Shown: positions 1-8,866 of the stretch, piece by piece
Layout of the letters: each line of letters opens with the position of its first letter
How positions within the stretch are numbered: position 1 is the first letter of the stretch
The notes under the pieces: model-generated
Told to the model about the DNA's origin: nothing
Seen by the model: only the letters and a program-made list of their open reading frames with translations
The model's database searches: none
Translations under genes and position numbers: made by a program
Assembly: GCA_947629955.1 (NCBI GenBank)
Contig: CANRFT010000006.1
Coordinates: 3,226 to 67,225 of the forward strand
Length of the DNA stretch: 64,000 nucleotides
Direction of reading: 5' to 3'
From: an uncultured Oscillospiraceae bacterium
GTDB lineage: Bacteria > Bacillota > Clostridia > Oscillospirales > Oscillospiraceae

Positions 1-435
1 CACGATGAATCCGGTGCCGGTGCTGTAGCCGCCCCGCAGCGCGGCGGTGACGGATACCACCCCCGGCAGGACCCGCTCATAGATGGAGGAGGCGTTCATC
101 GCGGTGCCTTCGGATGTGTCCAGCGCCAGCCGGACCGCCGGATCCGGGTCAGCCCAGGGCAGGTCCTCCGGGGTCCAGCCGGAGGGCTGCTGGCTGTTGT
201 AGGCGGGGGCCGCGGCGCTCGGAGCGGGGCGGGGACTGGACGCGATCTGGACCAGGAGGATGAGGCGGATGACAAGGAAGCCGATGAGCACCAGCAGGGC
301 GATAAGCGCCAGGATCCCCATGACCAGAAGGACTGCGCGCAGCACGTCCCGCCGGGGCTTTCCGGTCTTGGGCGGCATGGGCAGGGGGCGCTCGTCGGCG
401 TGAGCGGGCCAGCGGTGGGACAGATAGTTGTCCAT
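1..435 (-). CDS. HtrA/DegP-like trypsin serine protease, 5' part (runs off the window)
   Basis: Manual translation from ATG at 435: MDNYLSHRW..., a TM segment (AVLLVMGILALIALLVLIGFLVIRLILLV), then ...IYERVLPGVVSV...GYSTGTGFIV, the typical start of an S1C protease domain. Lies directly downstream of a two-component pair. Not in the ORF track. Confidence 0.75.
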   Translation of the reverse strand, partial: MDNYLSHRWPAHADERPLPMPPKTGKPRRDVLRAVLLVMGILALIALLVLIGFLVIRLILLVQIASSPRPAPSAAAPAYNSQQPSGWTPEDLPWADPDPAVRLALDTSEGTAMNASSIYERVLPGVVSVTAALRGGYSTGTGFIV

Positions 436-453
436 GGGCACGCCCTCCTTTCC

Positions 454-1872
454 TTACGCCCGTGTCAGGGTGAATACGAACTTGGTGAGACCGTCCTCGC
501 TGGTGCAGGTGATGTTCTCCTTGTGGCTGTTGAGGATGGTCTTGACGATATAGAGCCCCAGACCCACCCCGTCCCGGTCCACGCTGCGGGAGTGGTCGGT
601 CTTGTGGAACCGGTCGAAGATGAGGGCCAGCTCCTCCGGGGGGATGGTGTCCCCCTGGTTGCTGATGGTGATGGTGGCCTTGGGCCCTTTGGCCACCACT
701 GACACCCCTAAGGTGCCGCCGGATCTGGAGAACTTGATGGCGTTGTCCAGCAGGTTGTAGCACACCTGGGTGATGGCGTCCTGGTCCCCCCAGACGGGCA
801 CCGGCTCCTCGGGGAGCTGCATATCCACCTGGAGCTGAGCGGCATCCACCTTGCTCTCCAGGGTGATAAGGGTGCGCACCAGGGTCTCCGAGATGTCGAA
901 CTGCTGCTGGGCGGCCCGCTCGTCCGACTGGAGGCGGGACAGGTCCAGCATGGAGCGCACCAGCCGGGACAGCCGCCTGGTCTCGGAGGAGATGATCTGG
1001 AGGTACTCCTTCTCCCGCTCCGGGGGGATGGTGCCGTCCAGGATGCCGTCGGCAAAGCCGGCGATGGTGGTCATGGGGGTCTTGAGCTCGTGGGACACGT
1101 TGGCGATGAACTCGCTGCGGCGCTGCTCGCTGCGGGAGAGGGAGTCGGCCATGGAGTTGAATGCCTCGGCCAACTCGCCTACCTCGTCCCTCCGCTTGCC
1201 CACGTCCACCCGCACGTCCAGCTGTCCCAGGCCGAACTGCCGGGCGGCGGCGGCGATCTCCTTGATGGGCTTGGACTGGCGCATGCTGGTGAAGGAGCAG
1301 AGGATGGCGGCAATGAGCACCACCGCCACCGCCGTGACCAGAAAGATGCCCGCCAGCTCCCGCCACATCCCGCTGATGGAGGACGCGTCGCTGGACACCA
1401 TCACCAGGCCCTGGAGATGCCCGTTGCCGGTGATGGGCAGGCCCACCAGGTAGCGGGCCTCGGCGTACAGCCCGTCCAGATCGGTCATCCCGGCATAGGA
1501 GCCGCTTTTCACCCGGTCCACCAGGGCGGCGGCCAGGACCCGGTCCTCCAGACCGGCCAGCTCCTGCTGGCCGCTGGTGGCGTAGAGGACCAGGCCGGAG
1601 TTGTCGCAGATCATGATGTGGGAGCCCCCCACCTGGGCCACGGTGGACAGGTAGCCCTGGAACTCCTTGGTCTGCCAGCTGGTGCCGCCGTAGACGTTCA
1701 CATAGTTGGAGGTGAAGGCAGCGATGTACCCGGCGTTGCGCTCCAGAGCCTGCTCCTGTTCCCGGATGGCGTACTGATAGCTCAGGGTGGCGAAGGAGGC
1801 GCCCAGCATGAGGAAGGACAGCAGCACCATGCTCGCCATGGCGGCGAACTGCCGTCCGTACATGGTCTTCAT
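454..1872 (-). CDS. HAMP-domain sensor histidine kinase
   Basis: Two TMs, HAMP, H-box SHELKTPMT, N-box NLLDNAIKF, G-boxes; TGATG overlap with the response regulator. Confidence 0.95.
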   Translation of the reverse strand: MKTMYGRQFAAMASMVLLSFLMLGASFATLSYQYAIREQEQALERNAGYIAAFTSNYVNVYGGTSWQTKEFQGYLSTVAQVGGSHIMICDNSGLVLYATSGQQELAGLEDRVLAAALVDRVKSGSYAGMTDLDGLYAEARYLVGLPITGNGHLQGLVMVSSDASSISGMWRELAGIFLVTAVAVVLIAAILCSFTSMRQSKPIKEIAAAARQFGLGQLDVRVDVGKRRDEVGELAEAFNSMADSLSRSEQRRSEFIANVSHELKTPMTTIAGFADGILDGTIPPEREKEYLQIISSETRRLSRLVRSMLDLSRLQSDERAAQQQFDISETLVRTLITLESKVDAAQLQVDMQLPEEPVPVWGDQDAITQVCYNLLDNAIKFSRSGGTLGVSVVAKGPKATITISNQGDTIPPEELALIFDRFHKTDHSRSVDRDGVGLGLYIVKTILNSHKENITCTSEDGLTKFVFTLTRA

Positions 1873-2570
1873 CAGCCGGCCACCTTGAACTTATAGCCCA
1901 CGCCCCACACGGTCAGCAGCAGCTCGGGGTTGGCGGGGTCGTCCTCGATTTTCTCCCGCAGGCGCTTGATGTGGACGTCCACCGTGCGGGAGTCGCCGAA
2001 GTAGTCGAAGCCCCACACCTCGTCCAGCAGCTGGTTCCGGGTGAACACCCGGTTGGGGGAGGAGGCCAGGTGGAACAGAAGCTCCAGCTCCTTGGGCGGG
2101 GTGTCCACCCGCTTGCCGTCCACCACCAGCTCGTAGGAGTCCAGATCGATGATCAGGGACTTGGGCTTGTCGAACACCAGGCGGCGGCCGGCGGTCTCCT
2201 CCTCGCCGCCCGTGCGGCGGAGGACGGCGTGGACCCGCGCCAGCAGCTCCTTTGTCTCAAAGGGCTTGGTGATGTAGTCGTCCGCCCCCATCTCCAGGCC
2301 GTTGACCTTGTCCTCCAGTTCGCCCTTGGCGGTGAGCATGATGATGGGGGTCTTGGAGGTCTCCCGGATCTTCCGGCACACCGCCCAGCCGTCCATGCCG
2401 GGCAGCATGATGTCCAGCAGCACCAGGTCCGGCTGGAGGGACTGGAACTTCTCCATCCCCTCTACGCCGCTGCCGGCGGTCTGGCACTCCATCCCCTCTT
2501 TTTCCATGTAGAGGCGGATCAGATCGGCGATATTCTTGTCGTCCTCGACGACCAAAACCTTTTTGGGCAT
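1872..2570 (-). CDS. OmpR/PhoB-family response regulator
   Basis: VLVVEDD, LLDIMLP, LTAK, ADDYITKPF, C-terminal wHTH (VDVHIKRLREK..TVWGVGY); start taken at MPKKVL (2570). Confidence 0.95.
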   Translation of the reverse strand: MPKKVLVVEDDKNIADLIRLYMEKEGMECQTAGSGVEGMEKFQSLQPDLVLLDIMLPGMDGWAVCRKIRETSKTPIIMLTAKGELEDKVNGLEMGADDYITKPFETKELLARVHAVLRRTGGEEETAGRRLVFDKPKSLIIDLDSYELVVDGKRVDTPPKELELLFHLASSPNRVFTRNQLLDEVWGFDYFGDSRTVDVHIKRLREKIEDDPANPELLLTVWGVGYKFKVAG

Positions 2571-2642
2571 GGATAACACCCTCTCCTCGGTAGATTTCAT
2601 ACAGAGATATTATACCTGTTTTCAACAGGATGCGCAAGCCTT

Positions 2643-3767
2643 TTACAGCACGTGGGAACGGTCCACCCCGATGTCCGGCCGGCAGCGAGGCTCCTTTTCC
2701 CGCAGCTTTTCGGTGAGGGCCGCTCTGATCTCCTCGTCACTGAACTCCGCTTCATAGGGAACCACCACGTCGAACCGCAGGTCCGTGGGGTCGTCGCCGT
2801 CACAGCGGAGGTCGTGGACGGTGGCGGCGGGGTGCAGCTCCCTGGCGGCCTCCTCCGCCAGGGCCCGAAGCCGGCGGAGCTGGGGGCCGTCCGCCCCCAC
2901 CGGGTCCATGTGGATGACGGCGTCCAGCCCGAACCGCTCCTTCAGTTCCCGCTCGATGTGGTCTACCACAGAGTGGATGGCTACGAGCGGGGAGTCCTCC
3001 GGCACCTCCGCGTGGACCGACATCATCCGGCGGCCGGGGCCGTAGTCGTGTATGATGAGGTCGTGGACACCCCTGATCTCCCTGTGGGAGAGGATGAGCG
3101 CCTCGATCTCCGCCACGACGGAGGGGTCGGGAGGCTCTCCCAGCAGGGGACTGACCGTTCCCTTGGCCGCCGTCCAGCCGGAGCGGAGGATGAGAAGGGC
3201 GACTGCCAGCCCCAGCACCCCGTCCACACGGGGACCGAACACCGGCGTCAGCGCCAGACCGATCAGCACCGCGCCGGTGGCCAGCGCGTCCCCCACGGCA
3301 TCCGCGGCGGCGGCGTCCAGGGTGGGGGAGCCAATCTTTTTCGCCCAGTGCCTGTCGAACCATGCCAGGGCCGCCTTGACCAGGATGGTCAGTGCCAGGA
3401 TGGCTGCCGCCGGGGCGGTGAGGGCGGCCCGCTCCGGGCGGACGATCTGCACGATGGCGTCCCTCGCCAGCTCCACCCCCACCAGCAGGATCAGCAGGGA
3501 CACCCCCAGTCCCGCCAGGTACTCCATCCGGCCGTGGCCAAAGGGGTGTTCCTGGTCGGCCCGCTGAGCGGACAGCCGGAAGCCGATCAGGGTCACCAGG
3601 GAGCCGGCGGCGTCAGACAGGTTGTTGAAGGCGTCGGCGGTGACGGACACCGCCCCGGTGAGCAGGCCGGCGATCATCTTGAAGGCGAACAGCGCCAGAT
3701 TGACCCCCACCCCCACCCAGCCGGCGAAGGCGCCCTTTGATTGTCTGGTTTGGCTGTTGTGTTCCAT
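2643..3767 (-). CDS. Cation diffusion facilitator family transporter
   Basis: ADAFNNLSD, HPFGHGRMEY, DAVGD, HDLIIHDYG motifs. Confidence 0.93.
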   Translation of the reverse strand: MEHNSQTRQSKGAFAGWVGVGVNLALFAFKMIAGLLTGAVSVTADAFNNLSDAAGSLVTLIGFRLSAQRADQEHPFGHGRMEYLAGLGVSLLILLVGVELARDAIVQIVRPERAALTAPAAAILALTILVKAALAWFDRHWAKKIGSPTLDAAAADAVGDALATGAVLIGLALTPVFGPRVDGVLGLAVALLILRSGWTAAKGTVSPLLGEPPDPSVVAEIEALILSHREIRGVHDLIIHDYGPGRRMMSVHAEVPEDSPLVAIHSVVDHIERELKERFGLDAVIHMDPVGADGPQLRRLRALAEEAARELHPAATVHDLRCDGDDPTDLRFDVVVPYEAEFSDEEIRAALTEKLREKEPRCRPDIGVDRSHVL

Positions 3768-3895
3768 AGCGGCCTCCCACAGCAGAATGGTTATTTGACA
3801 GGAAACATGGATGTGCTTCTATCATAGTCTCTTCCGCCTGTCCTCTATGCCGGGGCGGGTACAAGAAAACCGCCCGGGGGCGGCTTTCTCTTTTC

Positions 3896-5116
3896 TCAGG
3901 AACCGGGGCGGCAGGCCCGGAGCACGGACAGGGGAGGCATCTGCCGGGGGAGCCTCATGCGGAACAGGGTCTGGGGTGTTTTGACCTCCCGGAGGTCGAT
4001 GCCGTCCGCGCCCACCGGCATGGGCGCGGTGAAGGGGACAGCGGCCACATCCGGGCCCACGATCTCCACTCGGTCCCCGGCGGCGAACTTGTTCCGCAGG
4101 GAGAGCAGGGCGTCCCCGTCGGGAGCGCAGCTGACCACCACGGCCAGCACCTGCCAGTCCCGGATGTACCGGGCGTCCCCGGTGTACTGGCCCGGCTGGC
4201 CGAACCAGAAGCCGGTGGAGTAGGGCCGGTGGCTGACCTTGTCCACCTCGGCCCGCCACACCGGGTCCAGGGGAGCCCCTTCCCACGCCGCGTCGATGGC
4301 GTGGCGGTAAGCGGCGGCGGTCATGCCGGCGTAGTAGGCGCTCTTGGCCCGCCCCTCGATCTTCAGCGAGTGGAGTCCGGCGGCCATCAGCTCAGGGATG
4401 TGGTCGATCATGCACATATCCCGGCTGTTGAGGATAAAGGTCTCGTTGTTCTCCTCGAACACGGGGAAGTACTCGCCGGGGCGCTTCTCCTCCATGAGGG
4501 CGTATTTGTAGCGGCAGGGCTGGGCGCAGGCCCCCCGGGTGGCGTCCCGCCCGGTCATATAGTTGGACAGCAGGCAGCGCCCGGAATAGCTGACGCACAT
4601 GGCCCCGTGGACGAAGCCCTCCACCTCCAGCCCCTTGGGGGCCCTGGCGCAGAGCTCGGATACCTCGTCCAGGGAGAGCTCCCGGGCCAGGATCACCCGG
4701 CTGACCCCCTGCTCATGCCAGAAGCGGGCCATCTCGTAGTTGGTGATGCCCGTCTGGGTGGACATGTGGACCTGGAGCCGGGGGGCGTACCGCCTGCACA
4801 GGGACAGCACCGCCCCGTCCCCGGCGATGACCGCGTCGGCCCCGGCGGCGTCCAGCAGTTCCAGCCAGCCGGGGAGCTTTTCGATCTCACCGTTCCGGGC
4901 CATGGTGTTGCAGGTGACGTGGACTCTGGCTCCGTAGCGGTGGGCCAGTTCCACGGCCCGGGGCAGTTCCTCCTCCGAAAAGTTGCCGGCAAAGGCACGC
5001 ATCCCGAAGGCGGGACCGGCCAGATAGACCGCGTCCGCCCCGTAGGCCAGGGCCATCTGCAGCCGCTCCATATCTCCCGCCGGGGAGAGAAGTTCCGGCT
5101 TAATTCCCGGCCTCAC
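3896..5116 (-). CDS. U32 family peptidase (TrhP/YrrO-like, tRNA hydroxylation)
   Basis: KPELLSPAG, GADAVY, HMSTQ, LARELSL, HGAMCVSYSGRCLLS, CAQPCR, SLKIEGR; GTG start at 5116 overlapping the mltG stop. Confidence 0.9.
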   Translation of the reverse strand: MRPGIKPELLSPAGDMERLQMALAYGADAVYLAGPAFGMRAFAGNFSEEELPRAVELAHRYGARVHVTCNTMARNGEIEKLPGWLELLDAAGADAVIAGDGAVLSLCRRYAPRLQVHMSTQTGITNYEMARFWHEQGVSRVILARELSLDEVSELCARAPKGLEVEGFVHGAMCVSYSGRCLLSNYMTGRDATRGACAQPCRYKYALMEEKRPGEYFPVFEENNETFILNSRDMCMIDHIPELMAAGLHSLKIEGRAKSAYYAGMTAAAYRHAIDAAWEGAPLDPVWRAEVDKVSHRPYSTGFWFGQPGQYTGDARYIRDWQVLAVVVSCAPDGDALLSLRNKFAAGDRVEIVGPDVAAVPFTAPMPVGADGIDLREVKTPQTLFRMRLPRQMPPLSVLRACRPGS

Positions 5117-6305
5117 GGTTGATCCGGTCGATGTTGGCCTGGTGCTCGGACAGGTTGCGGGCGAACACATGCTCGCCGGTGGCAGGATCCAGCACATAGT
5201 AGTAATACTTTGTGTTCTCCGGGTTCATGGCGGCGTACAGGGAGTCCATGCCGGGGTTGGCGATGGGCCCGGCGGGTAGGCCCTGGTACAGATAGGTGTT
5301 GTAGGGGGAGTCGATGAGCTTGTCCTCCTCAGTGGGCTGTTTGCCGCCGTTGATATAGACCAGGGTGGCGTCGATCTGGAGGTAGCCCGCCGGTTCGGCG
5401 TCCAGGTGTTCCAGCCGGTTGTGGATGACGGAGGAGATGGTCTTGTAGTCCTGGCCGTCGGTCTCCTTCTCGATCAGGGCGGCGATGGTGACGATATCGT
5501 GGAGGGAGTAGGTGCTCTCCTCGGTAAAGCTGTCCAGATATTCGTCCATCTTGGCGTCGAACTGGACCAGCATCTTATTGAGGACGTACAGCGGGTCCTC
5601 GCCCATATAGAAGGTGTAGGTGTCAGGGAACAGATAGCCCTCCAGCCGGTGGTAATCTCCCAGGGGCTCGTGGCCCTTCAGCCAGGAGAAGGCGTAATCG
5701 TGTTCAGCGGCCATCTTCTGGAGCTGCTTCACTGTGGACACGCCCTTTTCCTCCAGCAGGCTGAACACCTGGTCGATGGAATAGCCCTCCGGGATGGTGA
5801 CATCCACCGTCTGCCGGGTGGAGGAGGACGAGCTCATGTTCACCACCAGGGCCCGGTAATCCATCTCGGTGTTCAGCTCGTAGGTGCCGGGGACGATCTT
5901 CCGGTCGGCGTGGGAGAACCAGGCGTACAGCTTGAACAGCCACTTGTACTGGATCAGGCCCTCGTCCTTCAGCTGGTCCACGATGGCGTCCATATCCGCC
6001 CGGGTGGAGGTGACGGGATCGCCGTTTTCGTCGGTGGACTCCACCTCTGCCATTGAGGATTCGGGCACCGAGATGATAACGGAGGTGTATTCCTTATTGA
6101 GGCCCAGAAGGTCACAGGCCCAGATCCAGCCCATAGTGGCGAGGATGGCCGACAGTCCGATGACCACCAGAACGTACAGCAGGGCCCCGGCGATCTTGGC
6201 GCCGCCGCTGTGTTTTACCTGGCGGGACCGCCGGCGGGTGGAGGTGCGCCGCCCCCCGGGCTCCTGACTGGGGCGCTGGGAACGGGCGCGGTTGTTTTCT
6301 GCCAT
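5100..6305 (-). CDS. mltG: Endolytic transglycosylase MltG
   Basis: N-terminal TM, TIPEG, LEGYLFPDTY, ALIEKET, SVIHNRL, SPYNTY..GLPAGPIANPG. Confidence 0.93.
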   Translation of the reverse strand: MAENNRARSQRPSQEPGGRRTSTRRRSRQVKHSGGAKIAGALLYVLVVIGLSAILATMGWIWACDLLGLNKEYTSVIISVPESSMAEVESTDENGDPVTSTRADMDAIVDQLKDEGLIQYKWLFKLYAWFSHADRKIVPGTYELNTEMDYRALVVNMSSSSSTRQTVDVTIPEGYSIDQVFSLLEEKGVSTVKQLQKMAAEHDYAFSWLKGHEPLGDYHRLEGYLFPDTYTFYMGEDPLYVLNKMLVQFDAKMDEYLDSFTEESTYSLHDIVTIAALIEKETDGQDYKTISSVIHNRLEHLDAEPAGYLQIDATLVYINGGKQPTEEDKLIDSPYNTYLYQGLPAGPIANPGMDSLYAAMNPENTKYYYYVLDPATGEHVFARNLSEHQANIDRINREAGN

Positions 6306-6336
6306 GGGGTTCACTCCTTTATGAGGGGGCGGCGTG

Positions 6337-6365
6337 TCACCGGTCCTGCGCGCGCCGCATAGTAT
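6337..6365 (+). promoter_or_regulatory. Possible sigma-K-like sporulation promoter for the Cys/Gly-rich small gene
   Basis: AC (6339-40), 17 nt, CATAGTAT (6358-65) fits AC-N16/17-CATAnnnT; a short motif that could be chance. Confidence 0.3.
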
Positions 6366-6480
6366 GACCTGGAAACGGGAACGGAGCCCGGCTCCGGCGC
6401 CGCCGAGGCTGAGCGCTCAGCGTGGTGCGGCGTCCGAGCCGGTCCCTGTGACCGGGAATATAATGTGAGGTGACAAAATC

Positions 6481-6642
6481 ATGTGTTGTGGCAACAATGG
6501 TGGTTTCGGCGGGGGCTGCTGGTGGATCATCATCCTGATCCTCATCCTGTGCTGCTGCTGCAACGGCGGCAACAACGGCTGCGGCTGCGGGAACAGCTGC
6601 GGCGGCAACGGCTGCGGCTGTAACGACGGCTGCGGCTGCTGA
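6481..6642 (+). CDS. 53-aa Cys/Gly/Asn-rich small membrane protein (likely spore-associated)
   Basis: MCCGNNGGFGGGCWWIIILILILCCCCNGGNNGCGCGNSCGGNGCGCNDGCGC*; RBS GAGGTG just upstream; below the ORF-track length cut-off. Confidence 0.85.
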   Translation: MCCGNNGGFGGGCWWIIILILILCCCCNGGNNGCGCGNSCGGNGCGCNDGCGC

Positions 6643-6710
6643 GCGTACTTCCACCGGGGCGGGGGAGCGGAGCTCCTCCGCCCTCTGCCGGTGTCAAAGG
6701 GGACGGGCCC

Positions 6711-7235
6711 TCAGCCCGTCAGCACCAGGTCCACCGGACGATCGAAGCTGTCCCTGGGGAGACGGTCTACCAGACGCTCCGGCGGGCAGAAGCACACCGA
6801 AAAGCCCCGGAACTCCGCCAGAAAACGGTCGTAATAACCGCCGCCGCGGCCCAGACGGTATCCCTCCCGGTCGCATAGGACGTGGGGGATCAGGGCGGCG
6901 TCCGCCTCCTCCGCCGGGACTACGGGGCAGTCCGGGCCCGGGGCGGGGATGCCGTATCTGCCGGGAAGCAGGTCGGCCTCTGACAGGACTGAGCGCAGCT
7001 CCAGACAGTTTCCCGGCAGGCACACCGGGTAGACCGCCCGCCTGCCCGCCGCAAGCAGGGCGCGGAGCAGGGGGCGGGTGTCGGGCTCGGCGCCCACGCC
7101 GTCGAAGAGCAGCACGGTGCGGGCGGACCTCACCCGGGGAAGGGACAGAAACCGCTCCGGCAGGCCGGCGGCCTCCATTTTTGGGAGGGAGGCTGCCCAG
7201 CGCCGAAGGGCGGTTTTTTCCGCTTCAACCGTCAT
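6711..7235 (-). CDS. 5-formyltetrahydrofolate cyclo-ligase
   Basis: EPDT, YGIPAP, ALIP..LCDREGYRLGRGGGYYDRFL, DRPVDLVLT; start MTVEAEK. Confidence 0.92.
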   Translation of the reverse strand: MTVEAEKTALRRWAASLPKMEAAGLPERFLSLPRVRSARTVLLFDGVGAEPDTRPLLRALLAAGRRAVYPVCLPGNCLELRSVLSEADLLPGRYGIPAPGPDCPVVPAEEADAALIPHVLCDREGYRLGRGGGYYDRFLAEFRGFSVCFCPPERLVDRLPRDSFDRPVDLVLTG

Positions 7236-7789
7236 TCGCCGTAGTGGACGGCGGCCCGGACCTGGTCGGCCTTGGCGGTGCCGGCCAGCATCTCTACGAT
7301 GGCGAGACCAAAATCGAAAGCGGAACCGGCGGCCCGGCCGGTGATGAGCCGTCCCTGTGCCACCACAGGCCTGTCCATCACGGGGGCGGCGCCGGCGGCG
7401 GAGAGCTGGCTCTCCATGCCGGGATAGCACACCGCGTGGACGCCGGCAGGCAGCAGGTCCGCCCTGGCCAGCAGGGTGGGGGCGGCGCAGATGGCGGCCA
7501 GCCAGACCTGGGGATCGTCCGCCGCCTGGCGGATCAGCTTCATAGCGGCGGGGCTGTGTTCCATGGCGGAGACACCTTTCAGCCCACCGGGGAGGATGAG
7601 CATATCGTCGGGGGCCAGAGAGACGGCCGCGGCGGGCAGGTCCGCCTGGACGGTGATCCCGTGGCTGCCGGTGATGGTGCGGCCGGTCACTCCGGCCAGC
7701 GTCACCGGCAGGTCCGCCCGGCGGAGTAGATCGGCGGGGACCAGTGCCTCGGCCTCCTCAAAGCCGGGGCCCAGCAGAATATAGATCAT
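7232..7789 (-). CDS. DJ-1/PfpI (YajL/ThiJ) family protein
   Basis: GFEEAEA, LILPGG, AAICAAP, LITGRAAG; start MIYILLG. Confidence 0.93.
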   Translation of the reverse strand: MIYILLGPGFEEAEALVPADLLRRADLPVTLAGVTGRTITGSHGITVQADLPAAAVSLAPDDMLILPGGLKGVSAMEHSPAAMKLIRQAADDPQVWLAAICAAPTLLARADLLPAGVHAVCYPGMESQLSAAGAAPVMDRPVVAQGRLITGRAAGSAFDFGLAIVEMLAGTAKADQVRAAVHYGE

Positions 7790-7794
7790 GGAGG

Positions 7795-8517
7795 TCACTT
7801 TCCTTTCAAACGGGCACCCACAGCCTGGAACAGGATCAGGGGCAGCTTGGCCATTCGGCCGATTCGGGAGGGCTCTTTGTACAGGCGGTAAAGCCATTCC
7901 AGCCCCAGCTTCTGCATTTTTTCCGGGGCCCGGTCTACCTTGCCAGCAAACACGTCCAGGGAGCCGCCCAGACCCACATACAGCTTTGCCCCCGCCTCGG
8001 CCCCGTGGGCGGCGGCCCACAGCTCCTGCTTGGGGAAGCCCAGGCAGACAAAGACCACGTCGGCCCTCACGGCCCGGATGGCCTCCACCACCGGGGCGTC
8101 GTCCTGAAAGTAGCCGTCATGGACGCCGCAGATGTTCAGGCCGGGGTACCGGGCGGTCAGCCGTCTGGACGCCTCCTCTGCCACGCCGGGCTTGGCTCCC
8201 AGCAGGAACAGCCGCTTGTCCGTTCCCACCAGCTTTTCCATCAGCGCGGAGGCGAAGTCCACGCCCGGGACCCGTCCCTTCAGCGGCCTGCCCAAAATTT
8301 TCGCGGCGTAGATCACGCCGATGCCGTCAGGCAGGACCAGGTCGGCCTCCGAGAGCACTTTGGCAAAGGCCGGATCCTTTTCCGCCCGCTGGATCATCTC
8401 CGGATTGGGGGTGGCGGCCAGGTGCGGCCGGTCCTCCTCCAGCATAGCCAGTGCCCGGTCCACTGCCTCGTCCAGTGTGATATTGTCAAAGCTGACGCCC
8501 AGTACGTCGATCCGCAT
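7795..8517 (-). CDS. WecB/TagA/CpsF family glycosyltransferase
   Basis: TPNPEM, PDGIGV, RVPGVDF, LGFPKQE, GLEWLYRL..EPSR. Confidence 0.93.
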   Translation of the reverse strand: MRIDVLGVSFDNITLDEAVDRALAMLEEDRPHLAATPNPEMIQRAEKDPAFAKVLSEADLVLPDGIGVIYAAKILGRPLKGRVPGVDFASALMEKLVGTDKRLFLLGAKPGVAEEASRRLTARYPGLNICGVHDGYFQDDAPVVEAIRAVRADVVFVCLGFPKQELWAAAHGAEAGAKLYVGLGGSLDVFAGKVDRAPEKMQKLGLEWLYRLYKEPSRIGRMAKLPLILFQAVGARLKGK

Positions 8518-8664
8518 GGATGCCGCTCCTTTCGCCCAGTCATAGCAAACCAATTTTGAGGTAGTATATCATACCGAAACGGAAAAGTCCACCTCTGAAC
8601 GCAAGGATTTACAGTTGCGTCACAACTTGATGGGAAACCTTGATGGGAAACACAGAAAAAGCCC

Positions 8665-8693
8665 TTGACAAAGGCCCGGTTTGCGGATATAAT
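8665..8693 (+). promoter_or_regulatory. sigma-A promoter of tRNA-Val
   Basis: Perfect TTGACA-N17-TATAAT. Confidence 0.9.
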
Positions 8694-8734
8694 ACAATTC
8701 CGTTGAGCGATGAGCGCTCGGCGCATCCGAATAC

Positions 8735-8811
8735 GGACGATTAGCTCAGCTGGTATGAGCATCCGCTTGACGTGCGGGAGGTCACAGGTTCAAGTCCTGT
8801 ATCGTCCACCA
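8735..8811 (+). tRNA. tRNA-Val(GAC)
   Basis: GGACGAT...ATCGTCC acceptor stem, D-arm TAGCTCAGCTGG, anticodon loop TTGACGT, GGTTCAAGTCC T-arm, CCA end; 77 nt. Confidence 0.95.
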
Positions 8812-8847
8812 AGGAAACCCCGGAATCCAACGATTCCGGGGTTTCCT
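8812..8847. terminator. Intrinsic terminator between tRNA-Val and the convergent fructan operon
   Basis: AGGAAACCCCGGAATC-caac-GATTCCGGGGTTTCCT 16-bp hairpin. Confidence 0.8.
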
Positions 8848-8866
8848 CCTTTGTGAAGCGTCATAT

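Noticed and set aside
6337-6654. Minus-strand 105-aa Ala-rich and 63-aa Pro/Gln-rich ORFs
   Set aside because: Antisense artefacts of the plus-strand Cys/Gly-rich gene, which has the RBS.
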